From Clostridia bacterium (GTDB lineage: Bacteria; Bacillota; Clostridia; Oscillospirales; CAG-272), in NCBI GenBank assembly GCA_017461745.1, contig JAFTXE010000109.1:30822-94821 (forward strand): a DNA stretch of 64,000 nucleotides. The letters are read 5' to 3'. Positions 1-7,784 of the stretch are shown piece after piece. The translations under genes and the position numbers were made by a program. The notes beneath the pieces were generated by a model. The model did not search any database. It had not been told where the DNA came from and saw only the letters and a program-made list of their open reading frames with translations. The number at the start of each line of letters is the position of its first letter. Position 1 is the first letter of the stretch.

Positions 1-30
1 CTATTTGACGAAAGGTTAAAGGTAATAAAT

Positions 31-444
31 ATGAAAACTTATAACGTTACAGTAAACGGCGTGACATATTCCGTCGTAGTTGAAGAGGTTGGCGGCGCGG
101 CAGTAGCATCCGCTCCCATGGCAGCTCCCGTAGCTGCACCCGCAGCAGCTCCTGCTCCTGCGGCAGCACCCGCACCTGCGGCAGCTCCTGCACCCGCAGC
201 GGCTCCCAAGGCAGCAGGCGGCGCTCAAGGTTCTGTTACCATCAAGGCTCCTATGCCCGGTAACATCATGAAAGTAAATGTAAAGCCAGGTCAGGCTGTA
301 AAGAAGGGCGACGTTCTCGTAGTTCTTGAGGCAATGAAGATGGAGAACGACGTTTGCGCTCCCGAGGACGGAACTGTTGCAAGCGTTGAAGTAGCTCAGG
401 GCGCAACCGTTGAGACCGACGCTGTTCTCGTAACCCTTAACTGA
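31..444 (+). CDS. Biotin carboxyl carrier (biotinyl-domain) subunit of a Na+-translocating decarboxylase
   Basis: 137 aa. The C-terminal biotinyl-type domain carries the biotin attachment motif EAMKMEN. A long Ala/Pro linker (AAPVAAPAAAPAPAAAP...) precedes it. The gene sits directly upstream of the decarboxylase beta and alpha genes. Confidence 0.8.
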   Translation: MKTYNVTVNGVTYSVVVEEVGGAAVASAPMAAPVAAPAAAPAPAAAPAPAAAPAPAAAPKAAGGAQGSVTIKAPMPGNIMKVNVKPGQAVKKGDVLVVLEAMKMENDVCAPEDGTVASVEVAQGATVETDAVLVTLN

Positions 445-486
445 TTTTCCATATAGAAAAAATTTTGAAAGGAAAACAGTAAGGAT

Positions 487-1860
487 ATGCTTGATACAAT
501 TAAAAATTTTCTGACTGATACCGGCGTATTCCAATTGCTGTCCAAAGAGAGCGATAGCTTCGTGCTCGACCCACAGTGGTGGCAGACTGCTGTAATGTTC
601 GTCATTGCGTTCGTTCTCGTTTATCTTGCAATCGTTAAGAAGTTTGAGCCTCTGCTCTTGCTTCCTATCGCGATAGGTATGCTTCTTACAAATATCCCCG
701 GCGGCGGAATGTTCAATCTGGACTTCTTTATTCCCGCGCAGGAAAGTGTTGAAGCATTGGAAGCGGCTTTTGCTGACGGCTGGTTATCACTTTCCGAATT
801 TGACAGTCTTGCCGAAATCGGACTGCCCATGAAGGATTACTTTGAGGGCATTACCGAAGCGGGACTTGCGTTCCCCGAGGAGACCTATAACGTTCTTATG
901 GAAAACCTTACCTCTGTAAATTACGGTGACGTTCTCCATCACGGCGGTCTGCTCGACCTCCTTTACCTTGGAGTTAAGCTTGGAATTTATCCTTCCTTAA
1001 TTTTTATAGGTATCGGTGCTATGACAGATTTCAGTCCCCTTATCGCAAACCCCAAGAGCTTGCTTATCGGTGCAGGCGCACAGTTTGGAGTATTCGTAGC
1101 TTTTGCTGGCGCACTTCTTCTCGGATTTGCTCCCGAGGAGGCAGCATCCATCGGTATTATCGGTGGAGCAGACGGTCCTACGGCAATCCTCGTTACAAAG
1201 ACGCTTGCTCCCGCTCTGCTCGGTGCTATAGCGATTGCGGCTTATAGCTATATGGCGCTGATTCCTATGATTCAGCCTCCCTTCATGAAGCTGTTTACGA
1301 CCAAGAAGGAGAGACAGATTAGGATGACTACTCTCCGTCAGGTATCCAAGACGGAAAAGATTCTTTTCCCCGTAATAGTTACTTTTGTAGTCGGACTTAT
1401 TATTCCCGATGCGATACCACTCGTTGGATGTCTTATGTTCGGTAACCTTCTTAATGTGTGCGGTGTTACCGATAGACTTTCCAAGACTGCTCAGAACGAG
1501 CTTATGAATATCGTTACGATATTCCTTGGAATTACCGTAGGAGCTACCGCGAGCGCACAGAACTTCCTGCGTCCCGAAACTCTTAAGATCATTGCTCTTG
1601 GACTTGTTGCATTCTGCATCTCCACCTGCGGCGGTCTTATCACGGCAAAGGTTATGAACTGGCTGTCGGGCGGAAAGATCAATCCTCTTATCGGTTCTGC
1701 GGGAGTTTCCGCAGTTCCTATGGCTGCGAGAGTTTCTCAGAAGGTTGGACAGAGTGAAGACCCCTCTAACTTCCTTCTTATGCACGCAATGGGTCCCAAC
1801 GTTGCAGGTGTAATCGGCTCGGCGGTTGCCGCAGGCGTATTCCTGTCGATGTTTGCTTAA
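487..1860 (+). CDS. oadB: Sodium ion-translocating decarboxylase, beta (membrane pump) subunit
   Basis: 457 aa and polytopic. The conserved OadB/GcdB/MmdB-type stretches KKFEPLLLLPIAIGMLLTNIP, GIGAMTDFSPLIANP and GSAGVSAVPMAARV are present. It is flanked by the biotin carrier and an OadA-type carboxyltransferase. Confidence 0.85.
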   Translation: MLDTIKNFLTDTGVFQLLSKESDSFVLDPQWWQTAVMFVIAFVLVYLAIVKKFEPLLLLPIAIGMLLTNIPGGGMFNLDFFIPAQESVEALEAAFADGWLSLSEFDSLAEIGLPMKDYFEGITEAGLAFPEETYNVLMENLTSVNYGDVLHHGGLLDLLYLGVKLGIYPSLIFIGIGAMTDFSPLIANPKSLLIGAGAQFGVFVAFAGALLLGFAPEEAASIGIIGGADGPTAILVTKTLAPALLGAIAIAAYSYMALIPMIQPPFMKLFTTKKERQIRMTTLRQVSKTEKILFPVIVTFVVGLIIPDAIPLVGCLMFGNLLNVCGVTDRLSKTAQNELMNIVTIFLGITVGATASAQNFLRPETLKIIALGLVAFCISTCGGLITAKVMNWLSGGKINPLIGSAGVSAVPMAARVSQKVGQSEDPSNFLLMHAMGPNVAGVIGSAVAAGVFLSMFA

Positions 1861-1885
1861 TAAATTCAGGAGGTAATACGCGAAA

Positions 1886-3292
1886 ATGGCACAGGTAAAA
1901 ATAACAGAAACCGTTCTCCGAGATTCGCATCAGTCGCTTATCGCAACGAGAATGACAACGGAAGAAATGCTTCCTATACTTGGAAAGCTTGATAAGATAG
2001 GCTATCACTCCCTCGAGGCATGGGGCGGAGCAACCTTTGACTCCTGCCTTCGTTTCCTCAACGAAGACCCTTGGGACAGACTTCGCAAAATTAGAGCAGA
2101 GGTAAAGAACACAAAGCTTCAGATGCTCTTCAGAGGTCAGAATATTCTCGGCTATCGCCACTATTCCGATGACGTCGTTGAGTACTTCGTACAAAAGTCT
2201 ATCGCAAACGGAATTGATATTCTGAGAATTTTCGACGCGCTTAACGATCCCCGAAACCTTGAAACTGCTATTAAGGCAACTATAAAAGAGCAGGGACACG
2301 TTCAGGCAGCTATCTGCTATACGACGGACCCCGAGAATAAGATTTACACTACGGAATATTTCACCAACTACGCAAAGATCCTTGAGAGCATGGGCGCAAA
2401 CTCCATCTGTATCAAGGATATGTCGGGACTTCTTAAGCCCTACGACGCATACGAGCTTGTAAAGGCGCTCAAGGAGACCGTTAAGGTTCCGATTCAGCTC
2501 CATACCCACTATACCTCGGGTCTTGCTTCTATGACGCTTCTTAAGGCTATTGAGGCAGGAGTTGACGTAGTTGATACTGCAATTTCTCCCATGGCAATGG
2601 GTACGTCTCAGCCTCCTACGGAGTCGCTTGTGGCAACTCTTGCGGGAACTGAGTACGATACGGGCATTGATCTCGGTCAGCTTGATGAGATCACCAAGTA
2701 CTTCGCTCCTCTGCGTGAGAAGTATCTTGCAAGCGGTCAGCTTGATCCCAAGATGCTTAAGGTCGATGTAAACGCTCTTATCTATCAGGTTCCCGGTGGA
2801 ATGCTTTCCAACCTTGTTTTTCAGCTGAAGCAGGCAGGAAAGTCCGATAAGCTTATCGACGTTCTTGAGGAAGTACCGAGAGTAAGAGCCGATTCTGGTT
2901 ACGCTCCTCTTGTAACTCCTTCCTCTCAGATAGTTGGTACACAGGCAGTGTTCAACGTAATCGGTGGCGAGAGATACAAGATGGTAACCAAGGAGTTCAA
3001 GGGACTCGTTCAGGGTCAGTACGGTAAAACTCCCGTTGAGATTGACGAGGAATTCGCCAAGAAGATCATTGGTGATGCAGAGAGAATTACCTGCCGTCCC
3101 GCAGATAAGCTTGCTCCCGAGATCGAATCTCTCCGTGAGCAGATAAAGCCCTACTTGGAGCAGGACGAGGACGTTCTTTCCTACGCTCTCTTTGAGCAGG
3201 TAGCGCTTAAATTCTTTGAGTACAGAAAAGCAAAGAAGTACGGAATAGACGCTGATAACGCAGACGCGTCTTTGGGAATTCATAACGCTTAA
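1886..3292 (+). CDS. oadA: Oxaloacetate decarboxylase alpha subunit / PycB-type carboxyltransferase, lacking a fused biotin domain
   Basis: 468 aa. The N-terminus VKITETVLRDSHQSLIATRMTTEEM is typical of the OadA/PycB TIM-barrel carboxyltransferase. The HTHYTSGLA metal-site region is present. AGGAGG RBS. The protein ends before any AMKM biotin motif, which is supplied by the separate gene at 31-444. Confidence 0.85.
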   Translation: MAQVKITETVLRDSHQSLIATRMTTEEMLPILGKLDKIGYHSLEAWGGATFDSCLRFLNEDPWDRLRKIRAEVKNTKLQMLFRGQNILGYRHYSDDVVEYFVQKSIANGIDILRIFDALNDPRNLETAIKATIKEQGHVQAAICYTTDPENKIYTTEYFTNYAKILESMGANSICIKDMSGLLKPYDAYELVKALKETVKVPIQLHTHYTSGLASMTLLKAIEAGVDVVDTAISPMAMGTSQPPTESLVATLAGTEYDTGIDLGQLDEITKYFAPLREKYLASGQLDPKMLKVDVNALIYQVPGGMLSNLVFQLKQAGKSDKLIDVLEEVPRVRADSGYAPLVTPSSQIVGTQAVFNVIGGERYKMVTKEFKGLVQGQYGKTPVEIDEEFAKKIIGDAERITCRPADKLAPEIESLREQIKPYLEQDEDVLSYALFEQVALKFFEYRKAKKYGIDADNADASLGIHNA

Positions 3293-3300
3293 AAATATTT

Positions 3301-3342
3301 GGGGGAAGGATAAGCTTCTGAATAGAAGCTTATCCTTCCCCC
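3301..3342 (+). terminator. Perfect 19-bp stem hairpin after oadA
   Basis: gggggaaggataagcttct / gaat / agaagcttatccttccccc. No clear T-run follows, so its termination efficiency is uncertain. Confidence 0.5.
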
Positions 3343-3371
3343 GAAAACATATTCTTGCAAGAGGTGTATTT

Positions 3372-3890
3372 ATGGAACTTTGGGATATATACGACGAAAA
3401 CAGAGCACTCAAAAATGAAACTATGGTTCGGGGAGAACCGATAAAGGACGGAGATTATCACCTCGTTATTCACGTTTGCGTGTTTAATAATAAAGGCGAA
3501 ATGCTAATACAAAAGCGTCAGCCGTTCAAATCGGGATATTCGGGGCTGTGGGACGTGACCGTGGGCGGTAGTGCCGTAAGCGGAGACACGAGTAGAAAAG
3601 CCGCTGAAAGAGAGCTTTTTGAGGAGGTTGGAATCCAACATGATTTTACGGGTATACAGCCGCACTTAACGCTAAATTTTTACCATGGCTTTGATGATAT
3701 CTTCCTCATTGAAAAGGAAGTGGATATAAACACTCTGAAATTACAGTATGAGGAAGTAGAAAAGGTCATGTGGGCAGACGAGGAGCAAATACTTGCCATG
3801 ATAGAAAGCGGGGAATTTATACCGTACTATCCTGAGCTTATACGGCTTCTATTTACAATGCGAGGTCCTCTTGGTGCACATAAAAGATAA
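3372..3890 (+). CDS. NUDIX hydrolase
   Basis: 172 aa. The Nudix box GGSAVSGDTSRKAAERELFEEVGI matches GX5EX7REUXEEXGU. Confidence 0.85.
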   Translation: MELWDIYDENRALKNETMVRGEPIKDGDYHLVIHVCVFNNKGEMLIQKRQPFKSGYSGLWDVTVGGSAVSGDTSRKAAERELFEEVGIQHDFTGIQPHLTLNFYHGFDDIFLIEKEVDINTLKLQYEEVEKVMWADEEQILAMIESGEFIPYYPELIRLLFTMRGPLGAHKR

Positions 3891-3896
3891 ATATAA

Positions 3897-3934
3897 ACAA
3901 AACTCAGGTCATTAAAATCGACCTGAGTTTTTGA
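3897..3934. terminator. Bidirectional intrinsic terminator between the convergent NUDIX and glpP genes
   Basis: The stem aactcaggtc / gacctgagtt encloses a 9-nt loop. An A-run lies on the left and a T-run on the right. Confidence 0.65.
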
Positions 3935-3945
3935 TTTATAAAAGC

Positions 3946-4494
3946 TTATTCATTCCAAAGCTCGCGTTTTCCCGTGGATATCATTGCAGCTCCTGAGCCA
4001 AGTGCGTGGAATATCTCGTCCTTTTGCTCAATCAGCCCGCCCGCAATAATCGGAATGTTGATGCTGTTTTTTATCTTGGTAATTGATTTGTAAGCGATAC
4101 CCGGCATTATCTCAACCATATCTGCCTTTGAGGCTCTAAGTGTTTCAAGCGCCGTATCAACCGAACGGGAATCTATCATAAAGAATCGCTGAACCGAAGA
4201 TATTCCGCAATCGTGAGCGGCTGAAATAATATTTGAACGGGTGCTGATGATTCCATCAATATTTTTAGTTGCCAAATATCTGACGCCCGCTGGGTCTTTA
4301 CTCAGACCGTCGACGAAATCCATATGAACGTAAAGAAGCTTTTTCGCTTCGTGTGCTCTGAGCGCATAATCAGCGACAGTGAGTATATTGGAGCTGAGCA
4401 TAAAAATTGCCTGAACCTCTGAGGCAACGGCTGCTTCGAAATCGTCCTCGGATTTTATAGCTGCAATAATTGGAAAGTTCTCAAAATCAAGCAT
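3946..4494 (-). CDS. glpP: GlpP-family glycerol-3-phosphate-responsive antiterminator
   Basis: 182 aa. It shows the GlpP family pattern (N-terminal PIIAAIKSEDDFEAA, ISTRSNIISAA, IPIIAGGLI). A GGAGGA RBS is present. The start overlaps the upstream gene stop by 8 nt (ATGCTTGA). Confidence 0.7.
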   Translation of the reverse strand: MLDFENFPIIAAIKSEDDFEAAVASEVQAIFMLSSNILTVADYALRAHEAKKLLYVHMDFVDGLSKDPAGVRYLATKNIDGIISTRSNIISAAHDCGISSVQRFFMIDSRSVDTALETLRASKADMVEIMPGIAYKSITKIKNSINIPIIAGGLIEQKDEIFHALGSGAAMISTGKRELWNE

Positions 4495-5044
4495 CGTTGT
4501 CCTCCACTGTTCGCTTTATTTTGTAAAATACACTTCTGTCAACAGCCGATACTTTAAAAAATCTCAAAATCTTTGCTGTCATTGCGTCGCAGTCTATAAT
4601 AATACAAGTCTTACGCTCGTTTTCTTCAAATATACAAACGCACGGATTGGGACAGGCTGAGGGGGTAGCGTTAATGACGGTATGAGCATCAATCGAATCA
4701 ACGTTGCTTTCGCTATAAGCGGTTACGGATATAAGCTTTTTTAAATCGCCTTCGAAAATAGGCTTACGCTTTGACTTTCCATATATCTTGGAAAAGGTGA
4801 AAATCCCTGCGGTAAACGAATATTCGTATTCAACGCTCGTATATTTCCATGTAAGAAGTACGGCGGTAAGGATTGAAAGCGGTATAAGCATGATCATAGC
4901 AGCATTTATGCTGTAGCGCACCGCAATAACGAACCAAATACTGAGAATGACGATGTAAGCGCCAATCATCAAAATTTTTGGTAAAACCTTTTTAGTCGTA
5001 TTCTCTGTTTTTATAATTCTTTCGTAATATTGAATGTCAGCCAT
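4487..5044 (-). CDS. Hypothetical membrane protein (two predicted TM helices, Cys-containing C-terminal domain)
   Basis: 185 aa. Two hydrophobic helices are present (ILMIGAYIVILSIWFVIAV, AAMIMLIPLSILTAVLLTW). It is co-oriented and overlapping with glpP. There is no SD directly upstream; a repeat hairpin occupies that space. Confidence 0.55.
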   Translation of the reverse strand: MADIQYYERIIKTENTTKKVLPKILMIGAYIVILSIWFVIAVRYSINAAMIMLIPLSILTAVLLTWKYTSVEYEYSFTAGIFTFSKIYGKSKRKPIFEGDLKKLISVTAYSESNVDSIDAHTVINATPSACPNPCVCIFEENERKTCIIIDCDAMTAKILRFFKVSAVDRSVFYKIKRTVEDNDA

Positions 5045-5046
5045 AA

Positions 5047-5073
5047 TTTTGTTCTGCGCTAAATGCGACAGCC
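5047..5073 (-). repeat. Copy A of an intergenic hairpin repeat family (consensus about GCTGTCGCATTTAGCGCAGAACAAAA)
   Basis: The reverse complement of ttttgttctgcgctaaatgcgacagcc matches the copies at 25350, 62474 and 62611 (inverted). Confidence 0.8.
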
Positions 5074-5080
5074 TCTGATT

Positions 5081-6535
5081 TTACTTGTCCTGTTTTTTTC
5101 TAAGCATAGTAACGTTGTCTCTGTGATAAGACTTTGGAGGAACGTCGGGTGAGGCAAGAAGCCTTACTTTGACAGTACCTTGAAGAGGACTTATTTCCGT
5201 TACGATTCCGTCACCGTTTTCAGTACGAACGAGTGAATCGACGGGAGGCGTCCGCTTAATTTCATACTCATAAGCCTCGTGTTCGTATTTAAGACAGCAC
5301 ATGAGTCTGCCACAGATTCCCGAAATTTTAGCGGAATTAAGCGACAGATTTTGCTCCTTAGCCATCTTTATGGAAACCTGATCAAAGTCAGAAAGGAAGA
5401 GCGTACAGCACAAGGGGCGACCGCACATTCCCAATCCGCCCATTATCTTAGCTTCGTCGCGAATACCGATTTGTCTTAGCTCAATTCTTGTTCTGAAAAC
5501 AGACGCTAAATCCTTGACAAGCTCACGGAAGTCAACGCGCTCTGACGATGTAAAATAGAAAAGAAGCTTTGAGTTATCAAAGGTATACTGAGCGTCTATG
5601 AGCTTCATTTCGAGCTTGTGCTCGGCAATTTTTTCGTTACAAATTTTAAATGCTTCGTCTTCCTTATATTTGTTTGCCTTGTGATGCTCAACGTCCGCCG
5701 TTGTAGCACTGCGAATAACGGAGCGAAGCGGGGGAACTATATCTGAAGTATTTACGAATGAGTTTGCTAAAGCAATCTCGCCAAACTCCTGACCTCTTGC
5801 TGTGTCAACGATAGCGTTGGAGCCCTTTTTAAAGGTGCGACCGTTGGGGGCGAAGTAATAGACCTTTCCAGAACTCTTGAACCTTACTCCGACGACCTCG
5901 GTCTTGGGAGCATTGGGATCTTCCTGCGGCTTTTGTGACTTTTTAGGAGCATTATCGTCTGAGAGGTCGGGAGTGAACTTATACTCCTCGTAATCGTCAG
6001 CAGAGTGCGTAGAAACCGGCTTTTGTTCCTTCAAAGAAGTACGCGTTTTTGATTTATCGGATGTCTTGGTTAAAGGTTTTGCTTGATTTTCAACAGTCTC
6101 GGCATTTGGTGTCTGCGGAGCAGAATTAGATTTGTTCTTTTTCTTGTGTCTATTGTTCTTTTTCTTAGGAGCAGTCGTACCAGCCTCATTTTGCTTTTGC
6201 TCGTTGGCAGGCGCTTGCGTGCTTGCTTGCGGCTTGTTGAGCTCCTCTGCTTTGGGCGAAGGCGACTCATTCTGCTGATTGCCCACCTTTTGCGCATTAT
6301 TTTTTTTGTGAGGCTTGTTTGAACGTTTGCTTTGATTTTGAGCAAAATTCTGCTCGTTCTTGCTTTGATTATCTTGCGCCTTGCCTTGCAACTTGGAATT
6401 TTGCTGAGCGGCGTCTGAAGAACTTGTAGCTTGCGATTTCTCGGGTGGTGTCATAAAATAACCGTGGCGTTTGGGCTGACGCTGTTTTTCTTGTTTTCCA
6501 TCGCCACTTGCATGATTTTTCTTTTCGTCTTGCAT
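5081..6535 (-). CDS. yaaT: PSP1-domain protein YaaT/RicT homologue with a ~210-aa low-complexity N-terminal extension
   Basis: 484 aa. The C-terminal ~270 aa (VVGVRFKSSGKVYYFAPNG ... GMCGRPLCCTLFL ... ICGRLMCCLKYEH) is the YaaT/PSP1 pattern with its Cys clusters. An AAAGGA RBS lies 8 nt upstream. The gene sits directly downstream of holB, as in Bacillus. Confidence 0.8.
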   Translation of the reverse strand: MQDEKKNHASGDGKQEKQRQPKRHGYFMTPPEKSQATSSSDAAQQNSKLQGKAQDNQSKNEQNFAQNQSKRSNKPHKKNNAQKVGNQQNESPSPKAEELNKPQASTQAPANEQKQNEAGTTAPKKKNNRHKKKNKSNSAPQTPNAETVENQAKPLTKTSDKSKTRTSLKEQKPVSTHSADDYEEYKFTPDLSDDNAPKKSQKPQEDPNAPKTEVVGVRFKSSGKVYYFAPNGRTFKKGSNAIVDTARGQEFGEIALANSFVNTSDIVPPLRSVIRSATTADVEHHKANKYKEDEAFKICNEKIAEHKLEMKLIDAQYTFDNSKLLFYFTSSERVDFRELVKDLASVFRTRIELRQIGIRDEAKIMGGLGMCGRPLCCTLFLSDFDQVSIKMAKEQNLSLNSAKISGICGRLMCCLKYEHEAYEYEIKRTPPVDSLVRTENGDGIVTEISPLQGTVKVRLLASPDVPPKSYHRDNVTMLRKKQDK

Positions 6536-6560
6536 ATATATATCCTTTCGTTTTCGTGCG

Positions 6561-7586
6561 TTAAATAAGTCCTGCGTCTGAGATAAGCTTAAGCAAAAGC
6601 AGACGCACGTTAGCGTTTCGTTGATTTTTGTCTATTGCATCCATAACGGCGCAGCTTAGAGTATACAAAAAACTCAGCGATACTCTGTCGCAAATTTCAA
6701 TTGCAAAATTTCTGTTTGCGAAGAAATCCAAAGGAGCATCATCACTTTTCTTGAGAAGCGTGAGATCTGTTACGGCTTCAGAAAGCGCCGATAGCTGTTT
6801 GGAAAGTATGTCCCTTTTCTGAGAAAAGCGTGAGAGCAGGGGAATAACGGCTTTGGCGCTTGGAGTAGAAGTCGCAGTATCGCAGAAATCAATTGCGAGT
6901 GCGCGAATGTCCATTACGGGAGCAAAGCTCTTAGGCTCAAGATATTCAAGCGCTGTGCCAATACCGTGTTTTGCCGCCATAATAAGCTCTGCATAATCCG
7001 AAGGGGATGTGAGCTTTAATTGAGCGGCTCGTCTGTCAACTTTGCATATATATTCATCAAGCGACGCATTGTCAACGGGCTCTGTTCTGAGAACGGGAGC
7101 GCGGCTTCGTATGGTTTCAAGAAGCAGTCCCGCATTTTCGCAAAGAAGAATGAACCTTACGAACGAGGGGGGCTCTTCAAGCGTAAGCAAAAAAGCATTC
7201 TGCGCCTGAACCGTCATTTTATCGGCGTCCTCGATTATATATAGCTTAAATTCAAGGTCATTGGGGACGGTATGAACGTCTTCCTTGACGTATCTCACCG
7301 TTTCAACACTGAACGTCGCCTTTCCGTCACAGCCGACGGTAATAATATCCGGTGAATTACCTGCGAGAATTTTTCTGCATTCAGAGCATTCATAACAGGG
7401 AATAGTTCCCGCGCTTTTATGAGAGCAAGCCAACGCCGCCGCCACGTTCATAGCCAACGTGTGCTTTCCCGTACCTCTTGATCCCTCAATTATAAAAGCG
7501 TGAGAGAGCTTGTCCGCGTGAATGTCGGAGCAAAGCTTTTGCCTTATCGACTTATTGCCGACAATAGCGTTCATATAACCGTTCAC
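6561..7586 (-). CDS. holB: DNA polymerase III delta-prime subunit
   Basis: 341 aa. It has the clamp-loader AAA+ pattern (HAFIIEGSRGTGKHTLA, a zinc-module CYECSECRKI, YIIEDADKMT, SRAPVLR). GTG start with a GGGGG SD 7 nt upstream. Confidence 0.85.
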   Translation of the reverse strand: MNGYMNAIVGNKSIRQKLCSDIHADKLSHAFIIEGSRGTGKHTLAMNVAAALACSHKSAGTIPCYECSECRKILAGNSPDIITVGCDGKATFSVETVRYVKEDVHTVPNDLEFKLYIIEDADKMTVQAQNAFLLTLEEPPSFVRFILLCENAGLLLETIRSRAPVLRTEPVDNASLDEYICKVDRRAAQLKLTSPSDYAELIMAAKHGIGTALEYLEPKSFAPVMDIRALAIDFCDTATSTPSAKAVIPLLSRFSQKRDILSKQLSALSEAVTDLTLLKKSDDAPLDFFANRNFAIEICDRVSLSFLYTLSCAVMDAIDKNQRNANVRLLLLKLISDAGLI

Positions 7587-7723
7587 GCAGTCACCCCCAT
7601 AATTACATACTTAATATAATTATATCAAAAAAAAATCGTTATGTCAAGTAAAAACGCAAGTGAAAGAGTAAACATTTCTTAACAAACTAACAAATAATTT
7701 TAAATAAAATATATTGAAATTTA

Positions 7724-7752
7724 TTGACATACAAGACTAATCATGGTAAAAT
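7724..7752 (+). promoter_or_regulatory. Sigma-A-type promoter of the three-gene TerB/ATPase/helicase operon
   Basis: TTGACA (7724-7729), 17-nt spacer, extended -10 TGgTAAAAT (7744-7752). Confidence 0.6.
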
Positions 7753-7784
7753 ATAATGATAAGATAAATTTGGGAGGTAAGGAT

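Noticed and set aside
100-235. GC-rich imperfect tandem repeats (gcagctcctgc / gcacccgca units), which might look like a repeat array.
   Set aside because: They are in-frame Ala/Pro codons encoding the flexible linker of the biotin carrier protein. This is a normal feature of biotinyl/lipoyl carrier proteins.
1778-3412. Very long antisense ORFs opposite well-supported genes. Examples: 1778-3412 (544 aa) opposite oadA, 997-1785 opposite oadB, 60232-61680 and 61295-62485 opposite serC/serA. Others are 40015-41115 opposite galE/galM, 54915-55856 and 55841-56521 opposite transketolase, 23531-24235 opposite polC and 56609-57097 opposite trpS.
   Set aside because: I checked the reading-frame phase (coordinates mod 3). 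These ORFs lie in the codon-aligned antisense frame of the sense gene. In that frame a stop only arises where the sense gene uses TTA, CTA or TCA codons, and these highly expressed genes avoid those codons. The translations are low-quality (Cys/Arg/Ser-rich, no motifs) and lack RBSs. They are shadow ORFs and a read-out of codon bias, not genes.
6070-6345. Overlapping small ORFs on both strands (6070-6345 minus, 6083-6322 plus) inside the yaaT 5' region.
   Set aside because: They are artefacts of the low-complexity A/G-rich (K/Q/N-coding) sequence of the YaaT N-terminal extension. They have no RBS and no independent support.
7743-7784. Longer N-terminal extensions offered by the ORF track. These are at 7743 (sngA), 9400 (sngB), 15929 (uppS), 20903 (polC), 25413 (surface protein), 43826 (pgi), 35927 (ABC ATPase) and 56641 (transketolase N).
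   Set aside because: In each case the upstream start lacks an RBS, or lies inside a predicted promoter (7743) or terminator (15929, 25413). An internal ATG/GTG is preceded by a good Shine-Dalgarno sequence and coincides with the conserved family N-terminus.
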